From: Raillietiella orientalis
Taxonomy: Eukaryota
DNA length: 64,000 bases
NCBI GenBank assembly: GCA_036172245.1
Contig: JAYWIR010000001.1
Coordinates: forward strand, 4,030,001-4,094,000
Direction of reading: 5' to 3'
This document shows positions 53,913-64,000 of the stretch, piece by piece; the stretch's first letter is position 1, and each line of letters begins with the position of its first letter. The position numbers were made by a program, and so were the translations under genes. A model generated the notes under the pieces. The model was not told where the DNA came from, ran no database searches, and saw only the letters and a program-made list of their open reading frames with translations.

Positions 53913-54014
53913 TTCACAACACCCAGGGTTCCCAGGCGGTCGCTCATCCGGGTAATTACCGGGCCCGATGGTGTTTAACCTCACCGATCGAACGAGAGAC
54001 TTTGATTTCAACGC
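53913..54014 (-). pseudogene. 5S rRNA-derived segment (pseudogene or SINE3-type head)
   Basis: caacacccagggttcccaggcggtcgctcatcc...gggcccga..gtgtttaacc...gatcgaacgaga follows the reverse complement of animal 5S rRNA. An oligo-T pol III terminator-like run follows on the minus strand (forward A7 at ~53903-53909). The segment is diverged and its 5' end is incomplete. Confidence 0.75.
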
Positions 54015-56374
54015 TCAGAGATCAGAGGAGCTGGAGCGAGGCAATGCACTCCTGAACATCGAAAACTTATCTGGAACAATTCCCAGATACAACGGGGAGT
54101 TAGTGCAAAGAGCGTCTTGAAAACTCATAATAGCTCAGGAGAGCTGAAATCGGCAAAGGAAGTGAAGAGAGAGTTTAAAGTCCTCAACTGGAAGCAGGAA
54201 GAAGAGTTTCTGAGTTACCAACTGCAAGCATCTCCTGGAATTCAGGAAATATGGGAAAGAAGAACAGTGGAAATCTTTTGGTCTTTTATCCTCGTACGAG
54301 TTGCTGTAGCAGGATGAATCAACGGAAAAGGTCTAGCGGAAAAAATGAAGTGAGACAGCCTATAATTCTTTCGGCTTTTACCAAAGAATTCCGTGGATGA
54401 GGACATCGAAATAAAGCGAGAAAGGTCTCTTGCTTGAGAAGTCTCCCTCTACGATCTGAAAGAAGGACAGCAGACAGGGCGACCTACAAAACACGAAAGC
54501 CATGAGGCAGTAAAGGCCAGAGAAGAGGAGTTATCGACTCCAGTGCGCTCAAGGTCACATCAAAATGCCTCCAGGATGATGAAAGCTTTCAAAAGATACG
54601 AAGAGAGGAAAATATGGATGAATTTCTTGGATGACCACCATCGATGCAGAGCTCGGAAAGCCAAGAGTCTGAAACAGCGCAGGGCCCGCGACAACCCTTA
54701 ATCACAAAGGCTTATTGTCCCATGGAACGCAGATCAGTCACTGTACCGAAGACCATCCTTGTGAAATGTACAGAGTCGAAGTGAAGCTCAATTCATTCAT
54801 CAGGATGCGTGTTGTTGCAGGAGATGTTCCTGATAGCAAAAGAACACCTGAAAAAAACATAGTCTACAAGTACGGTACCGGTGGGACAAGAATAGGTCCT
54901 AAATTTAGTTCTGCAACCAGAGTGTACGAAGCCTTTTTTCGGAGCAGGCTGATAGATCATTGAAGGAGTCATCTGCTTTCAAAGATTAGGGAGTTTTACT
55001 GGGGGAACAAAGTGGAAGAGGCATTGTAAGAACTCCAGCAGGCATTTAACACCAACGGGTGCAACAGCCTCCCTCCAGCTCGTAGAATAATGGTACCATG
55101 GCAGGATTGGAAGTGCAAGAATGCAACCAAATCTTCGCTGTTTCGAAGGGCCAAAGACATGGAATTCTGCTCGCCGAGAGAGCAGATCGGAAGATTCGTA
55201 TTTCGATGGTTCCATTAAGACCTTCATCGCTTAGCGCTTCTTCTTGAAGAAGCTGAGCGGTTCGAAAAAACAACAGCAGCTTCTGTCTTTCAATGATGAT
55301 CTGCGTGGAGAGGATAACAAGAGTAGCGTCGAGCTCGATTTCAGAAATGGTCCCATGTCCGGAGTATTTGGAAAACGTGCATCTGCAATTCGATCTGCGG
55401 GTGTCACCGCTGGCTCCTGAAATAGGCAGCTGAAGGCATAAAGAAAAGGAAGGAAGCTGACAAGCCAAATGAGCAGCAGTTCTTTGCTGCCACCATTCAA
55501 GTCGCAGAGCCGAGCTCGGAAATCCTCCGCTATACTGATCAGATGCTAATTTGTTACACTGCCAAGAGCGGGTTTGCAAGCCTTGAAGAGCACATCTGGA
55601 CAACTGGGAAATATTCGTGAAATATCGTGTCAGGATTAGGGAACGATACTAAGAAGCCATAAGACCCGAAAAATAAAATTGCATACCTCGCTGTCTTCGG
55701 TCTCTAAAATCAGACCAGCATCCGTAGGTGGCCATGAAGTATTCTGAGAACGCTAAGCTCCATTAGGTGAGGTGGACACCCGACCAGTCCAATACCAGCA
55801 AAGATGGTACAGAATGCTCTTCACGACTGCAGTGTCCTTCCAGCAATTACATGTTTCTCAAGTAATGAATCCCTTTGCCGGGATCTCAGGGAGCTGTTGA
55901 GGACTTTGGCCTTTAGTGTGACCAAGCTTTCGGATTGGAAAATGTCTCTCTTCGACGAGACCAGCAGAACACATCGTATGCATATCTGAATGTGGCGGCA
56001 GACTTCTAGCTTCCAGAAACTACTCGGTCATTTCATCGGTTGCTAGGATACGAGGGGATCAACAACGATAGCCTTCATTGCTAGCTGCAAATCATCAGTT
56101 GACATGGGAAGAATACACTTCACTTTCTTCTTCCCTCAGGCTTTCCAAAACTCCGTTTCCGTGTTCTCAAAAAGGTCAGGACATATCGAGACAATGTTCC
56201 ACTTCCCTTTCTGAAATACCAGGCGAACAGTCGACGGAGAGTCGTTTCAAGGGCCATTCAGCTGCTTGCCACCAGCCTCCGGGTCCCGTAGTATTGCCTT
56301 CTCAATTCACTCGACGGAGGCATCATGTCTTCCGGAATAATGATGAGTTCACCGGAAGTGATGATTGATATAAC

Positions 56375-56975
56375 ACATGGCCTAAAACCTATGTCCAGGT
56401 TGCAGGCACGCGAGCGGAATTGCGCGTCGCAGGTTCGAATCCCACCCGGGGAAGGATCGACGCCGAAAACGGGTGCATTGATAGAAAGATGATGCTCAGG
56501 GTATGGCATTGGAGGAAGCCAGATGTCCTTGCTGGCTGTCCAGAATTGGAAGTTGCCTTCCGAGGTTCCTTCCATGAATCAAGGAACCCTTCGAAGTTCC
56601 CCTCCGACTGTGAAGATGGGGCCATGGAGCTAGTAGGTACCTTTCCAGAGTGTGAAGTGCGCCGCTCCCTTCGGGAAGTGCCCTCCAGCGAAATTCGGAA
56701 GCGTCCCTTCGGAGTAAACAATGAGGGACTCCCTCCGGAGAAGAAATTCCAGGAGCGGATGTTTTCTGGGTTCTCTTTAGAGAAAAAAAAACGATAAGTG
56801 GCCCTCTCCGGAGTACTTTCCCGGAAAGAATGAGGAAGAGGTTCCCCTCGAGGACCCCTCCGGACACAGCCAGGGCGAGAGTTTCCTTAGGGGTTCCCTC
56901 CCAGACGTGAGAGGAACGGACTCTTCTTCATCCGGAGCCTTCCTGAATCCGAAGCCTAACTTTCGCTCACCCTCG
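56375..56975 (+). mobile_element. tRNA-headed SINE-like repeat, copy C
   Basis: B-box ggttcgaatcc at ~56432. The body is the reverse complement of copies A/B, with shared peptide shadows (DSWKEPR in 30075..30299+ and 56389..56721-). Confidence 0.75.
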
Positions 56976-58099
56976 GATGGCGTGGGCAGCGATAAGGAGT
57001 TCCGTGAGCCATGAGGCACCTACGCTCGCAAGTCGTTGCAAGTGATCGTGTGCAACCCGCAGAAGATGCTATGGACCTCGTCCAGCCCCCCTTTTGCCGC
57101 AGTGCTGCCCTCCCTAAGGGGCGCAAGGGACAGCAAGGTGTGCAGTGACTTGCCGCATATTAGCAAAGAAAGTTCTGGGGCATGGAGAACTCGGGAAGTG
57201 ACGGACGCTGCGACCCCGAGTATCCCATCCTGAGGACTTGTGTATTCTGAGGACAACTGTACAGCTTCTCGATATCCCTTGAGAGTAAGTAGCTTCCATA
57301 GTGCTGGAACAGTGCAACCCTCCCCCTCAAGTGGCAGGAGTTGGCGTTGCTGGTATTGCATGGGGGAATTAATCCCATGCAAGAGCTTCTTCACCACTGG
57401 ACATGGGAGAGCGTAGACGCTTAGTGCGACGGGGAGAAGGAGACCCTCCTGCACCTGCTGATGGACTGTACTGCCCTCCGACCCCTTTGGGATCTCTTCA
57501 AGACAATCCTAGGTATCCAAATGGGCAGCCTCAGGTACATTTCAAACACCTCTTCGTGCGTGCCGCTCTGAAGCCAGCCGCGTCCCTCGCAGTTCTCTTC
57601 TGTTCATGGCGGCCTGGAACGCCAGAAGAGACAGAAATGGCAGGAACGTCATCCACTTGGGGCGGATCTTCCTGAAAGCCTCCTCGAGAGGGCCCTGCAT
57701 GGGCGAGACACGGATGGAACTTGCCAGCATCTTGAACAGAATACAGAGGACGCAGCTTACTGTGATCGCTTCCTGCCTTTCTGCTCCCCCCTTGTTTTTT
57801 TTTGTTTTTTTTTGTTGTTTCTCCCCCGTCCCCCACTGCCGAAGCGGAATTCTCCAGTGTGCGGCTTCGGCAGGTTCATTGCATGTGGTAGAACCAACGG
57901 TTCTAACATACAATTGTGATTATATTACTCTACATAATAAATGCCCCACCTTGACGGGGTGATAATCATCCTAGGTAAATAGTAATGATCTCCACGTGAG
58001 GCCTATCTCTATGGCCTTTGAAAAAAATAAACAAATAAAATGTAAAAAGACCTTTGCGGTATCATCTCACGCTTGACAGTACCTTCAGAAGCAAGTGTC

Positions 58100-60300
58100 C
58101 TCCCTCTTTCATGAAGTTCCTGACATCATTCTTAGAAACAGCAGGAACGAATCCGTGATAGGAGAAGCAGTACAAAATGTTTCTTAGTCTTGATAAGCAA
58201 TCTTTTTCGATCTAGGATGCTTTCATGGCAGTTCTGAGAGAAAGGAATAGGGATGCATGGTGGAATCCGAAACTGCATTCCGCATATGGTCCTTGAGTTT
58301 TGTCTTAACCAATCGAGATAATTATTGTGGTAGTTCAATATCAAAACTCGTGCTTGTGAAAGGCGTTCCTTAAGGGCTTGAGGTGCATGCTCTGCGTCCC
58401 TCTTGGAAGGCACTCAGTGCTGAACCAGAAGTGCATTTGCAAGGCACATCCGGGAGGACTCGCATCAGCAATCCATTCGGATGTGCCTTGCAAATTGGCG
58501 AGTGCTTCCGTTGGCAGCACCCTGTCAAAGTGGTTCCGCTATCTCTCACACAACGATTCAAAGAGAAGGAAAAGCGGAGTATTTCTGATCACTCTCGATC
58601 ACCGCTTATTTGCAGCTGACAACGTGGACCACGGTCTTCAGCACGTGCCTAGGCTATGCATGTTAAAAGACACCATTGTACACCGCATGCGATCTGCATA
58701 CATGCTAGGGACGTAAGTTCCCCATGAAGACATCGTGGTTTCCTGGATATGTGCATGGTAGGGAGTCTACCATCAACGCTCAAAGTGCCTACACTCTTCT
58801 GGAAGCAAGGAGGAGAGCCAGTTAGCGGCATTTCTTCCAGTTCCTTTGTCTTTCCCCTGTTAAACGCCGTCTCCGAGTTTTCGAAGGAACAGAAGACGTC
58901 GGCAATGATTATTGATTTGAGTTCTTCTCCGGAAGTACAGGGTCTGGCAAGAGTTTTCGGCCGACTTGAATGGATCTGTGCTCGTCCTTTCACTCGGCAT
59001 TCTGCAAAAGGTCAAACAGCCTCAAGACGAACCCGAACTCTGTGTCGCCGCGTTTCAAAAAGGGCGGAGCAGGGAATCTCAACGAATCCGGGCATGAGCT
59101 GCGTGGGTCATGAAATGTCGTGTCCTGGAAGCAGGAGACGATGGAATTTGGAATTCCACGGAACATTCAGGTTGCCGAAAATCCTATTGGGGAAACTGGT
59201 CCTTGGCTAGAAATTCCGTTTGACCCCTTGTACGGTTTGCAGCTTTCGAAAACTACTAAACGTCGAAAGAGCTCAGAAATGATCAGAAGCATTGACCAAT
59301 CTGAAATTCCACATGACACGAACCATTCTGGTTCTTTTTGCCTCATGAGACAGCGTGGCATTTGTCCGGGTGCAAAGAGTCCCTCCGGTCTCGACCAAGC
59401 GGAAGAAAACGTCTTTCTGCAAGAAGGCAGAGGAGGAATCGGGTACAAAATCTTCCCCACTTAGGAACGAAAGCTGGAAGCCAACTGCTGCTGACGTCTG
59501 CAGCCAGTAGAGCCGCCGTGAAGGCTTTCTTTCTTCTTTTTTCTGATTTCCTTCATCGGAAACAGGAGCTCTCGTGTACGTTCGAAGACGTTGGCTGAAA
59601 GAGGTAGTGGGGCTGGTGGAGGAGATTAATGTCCCGATGCAGCGCGTTGGTGCAGAAGAACTTTTTTGCGGGAATGTGTAGAGTCAAACCTGGGAATGAA
59701 CGCGTGAGATCCTTCAGCGCTTTGCGCTGCACGGGAACTGCCCGCAGTATTTTGCGACTGGGAATACTGGAGGGCAACTGCTCTTCATGTTTGCACGAAC
59801 CTTCCATTTGTTGCGTTCCCTCCATTTTTATCACCCCACTCGCAATTTCCGCTTTCAAGGCCTTTGTTTTCGTGGACCGAGATCCTTGGAGCTACACGAT
59901 AATTAAAAACAGGTCTTTGAAGGAGGAGGATTCGAAAAATTTTCTCGAGAGAGCGCCACGTGCTTGCCCAGGAAAAGGGAAGTCCAGTGAAGGAGGAATG
60001 GCTCTCGTCCGAGACCTGGGAGAGATCGGCGCTGCCAAGAAAAAAAGAGAGCTGATGCACTTCTCGAAGATACAGCAGCTGCTGAAGTTCTGCAGCAGCA
60101 TGCAAGTTGGGTCTCATTGATGCGGAGGAGTGAAGTTCAATCGCAGAACATGATTCGATTCTGGAATCTGACCTTAATAACATCTGGATACCGGATTCGA
60201 GGCGCTTGCACATCTTACCATCACAGAACCGGGAGCAGGGCCTGCACAACCTCCTTCCGAGAGCTGTATCTAAAGAACCTCAGAGCCGCATCACCTGCGG
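58100..60300 (-). pseudogene. Decayed LRR (Toll-like) ectodomain
   Basis: 'SFTGLP', 'LPSSIPS', 'LHIPAKKFF', 'INLLHQPHYLFQ', 'PEGLFAP', 'ISELFRRL' and 'IIADVFCSF' appear in consecutive frameshifted minus-strand ORFs. Confidence 0.6.
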
Positions 60301-60699
60301 TTCTGAGCGAGGGAAATTGAGCCTGCAGTCCCTTCTAAACCCTATGAGAAAGAGAAGTGAAATTTGCCTGTGATTTGGTGATCTGTAAGGTACCCGCCCA
60401 GAACGGTTTCCAGTTCCATGGAAGCCATCCGAAAATTGTACTGTTTTTTTTTTCTCTCTCTCTCGAAATACTCCTGCTTCTGGCGGTATTCTCTTCTTAT
60501 CGAGAGATTAACCAGGGGAGCATAGCCCAGGTGATCACGTGGTTTATTCTTAAATCCTTGCACAAATCCACACTCGGTAACAGCCACAAATCGAGCAAGG
60601 TGCGCATCGATTTCCCAAATCCGTTTTCATTCTCTTTCTCGGAGAAAAATTAAATCCTCTCCCAGCTTCTAACGGCTCTTAAAATTTTCTCTTTTGCAG

Positions 60700-63100
60700 A
60701 GCATCCAGAATCTCTTCTTTACCTCATCCTCCCTTCTCCTTTTCTCTCTTCCGCTCTCAGTTCCTCCTCCGCAGAAACATCGCTTCCCTCCTCCTCATTA
60801 GTATGAAGACCGGCCCAAATCGTCTTCTTATTTTCCACATGGACCCTGGTGTGTTCTGAAGCCTTCTGAGGAGATTCTTCAAAGGAAAAACGGATCTTCG
60901 GGAGATGTATTGCGTCAGAATGCTAGAGCGAAGGGAACTCTTCTTTGAGGAGCGGAAAAAATCGACGCTGCGAAATGGAGGAAAATCGAACGCGCTTTCT
61001 TTGCCTCGGAGGCACATTCGCGTAATGTGGGGAGCTTAGGAGGAAACCTGCCAAACATCTGGATCCTTTCGTCAACGAAGAATGCACATCTGTCAAGAGA
61101 GAAACGCCAAAAAGGGCCCTTCGCCAATGGGGAGGCAGGGAACCACGGGAGACTACTTGAGAAGCCGGAAGTTCCTGTGTTCCTTCTCCGGAAAATGGCT
61201 GGAGAGGAAGATTGTTTACGTTACCCAAACACGTCCGAACACTTCCCCTTACAGCACAACACGAAATTCCGGTGGCTGGAAAGTTTTCTCCTTCTCCTTC
61301 TCGAAACAGAGATTTCAAGCCGGTGATTTTGAGAGCCGAATCACCATTCATTTTCCAGTAAGATCTTCCTGAAAGAAGCGCCACCATTTCTAGAGTCGCT
61401 TTTCCCGCTGTTCGAAGGCTGCTGCGGACTCCAGATCGTCTGCATCGTGTGAAACTCTCCTCCAGATCAGACCTCCAGAATCGCACTGGAGTGTTGGCAA
61501 GAGACGCCAAGACCTGTGCCGAAGGCAGCGACCCCAGGCAAGCTCGCGACCGATCCCTTCTGAGAGCACCATCGCGACCCTCCTACTCTTCGGAACCTCC
61601 CATTGGAAGGGAGCTCCTGGGTTCGTCAGCTCGGACTTCAGCGTTCACTGCTCGCTCATCTGAAGTCTGAGAATGGGTCAAGGTCATCCGATCTCGTGAC
61701 CCTTCGTCCTTGGCTTCACCGGATGAGACCCCCTGGTCTCCTCACGCTTCGGTGAGAGTCAGCTGTCTTGAGGCAGCCGTGAAGTGTCTGCTGCACACGG
61801 CGTGGCTCGATTCGTGCCTCGCTCCTGAAGCCATCTGTTGCTCCCAGTTTGCACGTCGGGGTCGCTGCGTCCCTCCACCTCCGACTCCCGGAAGCGACCG
61901 GGGTTCCCTCTGACTTGTTCCTGACCAGGCGTGGTTCATCGTGTTTCCGTCGGTCCGAGGGTACTGTGGCGCTCCTTCTTCGGGAAAAGATACCAGGATC
62001 TTCATCTCATTTGAAGTCGATCAATTCGCGGCGAAACAGCCTTTGCGATGGGGCTGTCTTAAACTCCTCTTTCTACTCTCCTACTATGGAGATGGGGAAG
62101 GGATGTTGGTGTGCAGATGCGGCCGTGTTTTCCTTGCCACCGGATTTGCTGGACAGAGGACGCACCCATCTCTTCTCTTCTTGAACGTGCTCTTAAAGAC
62201 ACAGGATCGCCTCCCCAGGCACATACTACCCCTCTCGGCGACCTCCACCCTGCTCTCTGTAGTCTTTTTCCCTCACTTTGCTTGGCTGAGTGTGCTGCAT
62301 GCACTCCTTCTGCACCAGTAAATCTGGTTCCTTGCCATCTCTTCTCGTTCGGAAACGGATGCCATCCTCTGATTTTGGCAACCGAGATGATGGCTTTTCC
62401 CAGATGTAAAAGAGCATCCTGTTCCCCGGAAATTGCTTCTTGCACAACGTTGCATTCACATTCGTTTTCTAATACCCCCGGAAGCATCTGAGGAGAGGCC
62501 TACGTATCTGAGTGCATGGAAGATGGCCATCCACCTTTGCAACCTTCCAATGTCGATATTCAAGACGAAGATTACACGAAAACAGTGTGCTCTCGGAGGC
62601 GAAAACCACTGGTGCTGAAAAAAAGGTCACGAATCCAAACCGTGGAAGTGAACAACGCCCTCACTTCGAGGCATTCGCTGCAGACCAAGGTTGTTTTGGT
62701 AACGACGACGAAACTCGTTAGACGCTGTGCGCTGCCCTCCCCATAAGATTGTCACGGCAGTGAAGATTCTGGCTGGCCAGTTTTCCTGCCCAATGCCTGA
62801 GTGAGAAGAGCTCTGAGCAGTTGGCCGGCACGGAACCTCTTGCACGCTTTCTGCACTCGGATGTAACGACACCTTGTGTTGCGCTCCCGAGGTCTGCACC
62901 GGTGGGCAAGCGTCTTTAACATCCCCGCTGATAAACTTGCAGCGCTCACAGCCCTCTCGGGCAGGTCCGCTTCTCCTCTGTGGAACAGCAACACACCGCG
63001 GCACTTTTCTTGCATTGAGGTTTTCCCATGCAACCAACGCCGACATCACCGTGTCCCGATTATCTCGGGGCATTCATTTCCCCGGAAGAAATATAAACAA
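60700..63100 (+). mobile_element. Decayed L1/Tx1-like LINE ORF2 (endonuclease plus RT)
   Basis: Ordered remnants 'SSDFSVH', 'AWLDSCL', 'GSDR', 'HPPLQPSNVDIQ' (WRPISLLNVDYK-like), 'SCPMP', 'LHSDVT' and 'DYLG'. Confidence 0.55.
61441..61927 (+). repeat. 487-bp direct repeat, copy 2 (probable donor)
   Basis: Matches 24899-25385 and is embedded in continuous LINE-like sequence on both sides. Confidence 0.97.
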
Positions 63101-64000
63101 ACAAAGAAAGACGTCGACCAGGCAACATCTTTCGAGTCCGTGGAGGAGCCACTGGCTCGCAGGTCGGCTACGCAGAGGAAGGGGCAGAAGAAAGAGGACA
63201 ATAAATAAACAAATAAAAAAGGTAGAGATAGCGATGGGAATCACCAGTTAGGTACGCCGCGCCTCTTCTGCAGCTCCAGTTGATGACTTCTCCATCGTTC
63301 CCGTCTCCGATTCCGGCACCGCAGGACAAGAGAAAACGCATCCTCTATCTGGACCAGGTCCGGAACGTTGCAATCTTTACCACATTTGCTCCTGGAACGC
63401 GAGATCCTCCGCAGCTGATGGCAACTAGCGGAAGCAACTCTCTTTCACAAGGATTCTTTTGGACAACTTCTGCAGCAGTTGCTTAAGCAGCAAGGACTTT
63501 CCTCCACCGTCCTAGTGGCGACCCTGTGCTGAACCCTTGCAGCAGCGGCGGACGGCCACATGCGTGGAACAATAATGGGGTCGGAGGACGGGCGGCCGTT
63601 CGATCTCTTCTATGAAGACAATGCCAGCAAGAATTTCTCATCTCCATGTAGAACGGAAGAGATGATGACTGCTGCATCTCAGAAGGACGGGAAGAATCGA
63701 AAACAAAGAGCGACCATTTTTTCCTCCTCCTTCACGAACGGGGAACCCGACGCACCTCTGATCCATCGTTTCCCGTTCTTCCGGGACAGGTCGCCTCCTC
63801 TACCTCCACTCCGACCCGCTTCTCGAGCGGAGGTCGGGTTCAGCTGGAAGAGACAAAAAGCATGTTTTCTTGATGATTTCCGAGCTACAACGGCCTTCCC
63901 TTTTCTTAATTCCGAATTTTTTCTTTCTATGTTTCCCTGTTGTCTCCCGTTTCATCTTGCACGAATTTATCCCTGTCTCTTGGAGTCCTGCCGCTCGATG

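Larger units (their letters stand above)
52700..55520 (-). pseudogene. Decayed LRR (Toll-like) gene, N-terminal part, interrupted by SINE and 5S-like inserts
   Basis: Leader-like 'LLLIWLVSFLPFLYAFSC', 'SNCRCT', 'HFVPPVKLPNL' and 'LSAEVFSA' appear in successive minus-strand ORFs. Confidence 0.45.

Noticed and set aside
56375..56450. Functional tRNA gene
   Set aside because: A B-box is present, but I could not fold a convincing cloverleaf, and the sequence continues into a dispersed repeat body.
24899..61927. LTR pair of a 37-kb retroelement
   Set aside because: The repeat starts TG and ends CA as delimited, but its content resembles LINE endonuclease and is continuous with LINE flanks at 61 kb. 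No gag/pol/integrase, PBS or shared target-site duplication was seen.
1..63100. Uni-strand piRNA cluster
   Set aside because: LINE and SINE fragments occur in both orientations, with no strong strand bias.
63811..63838. Rho-independent terminator-like hairpin
   Set aside because: The stem is imperfect, there is no adjacent U-tract and the context is eukaryotic.

Overview
This is eukaryotic DNA, not prokaryotic or viral. It is probably animal and likely arthropod, inferred from Toll-type domain remnants, an invertebrate-like 5S remnant and GT-AG splice signals. There is no long intact gene, and nearly all ORF-track entries are spurious or fragments of decayed sequence. Five components are visible. 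(1) One credible live exon on the minus strand (13479->12839) ends in a 40-codon signal-peptide-like start and a phase-1 GT donor. (2) About a dozen heavily decayed LRR/Toll-receptor-like segments (LRR, Cys-cluster, TM and TIR remnants) lie on the minus strand between ~14 and ~60 kb. (3) Many fossil non-LTR retrotransposon fragments, mostly L1/Tx1-like, occur on both strands. (4) Three diverged copies of a ~0.6 kb tRNA-headed SINE-like repeat are present, one abutting a 5S rRNA-derived segment. (5) Young, near-identical local copies of old sequence include a 757-bp-arm inverted repeat (5258-7487), a 487-bp direct repeat 36.5 kb apart, a 46-bp tandem duplication and a 33-bp palindrome. Domain calls on decayed sequence are by-eye motif matches across frameshifts, so boundaries are approximate and need HMM/tBLASTn confirmation. 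I see no convincing novel multi-gene system. The most interesting signals are the Toll-like pseudogene array and the young templated duplications.
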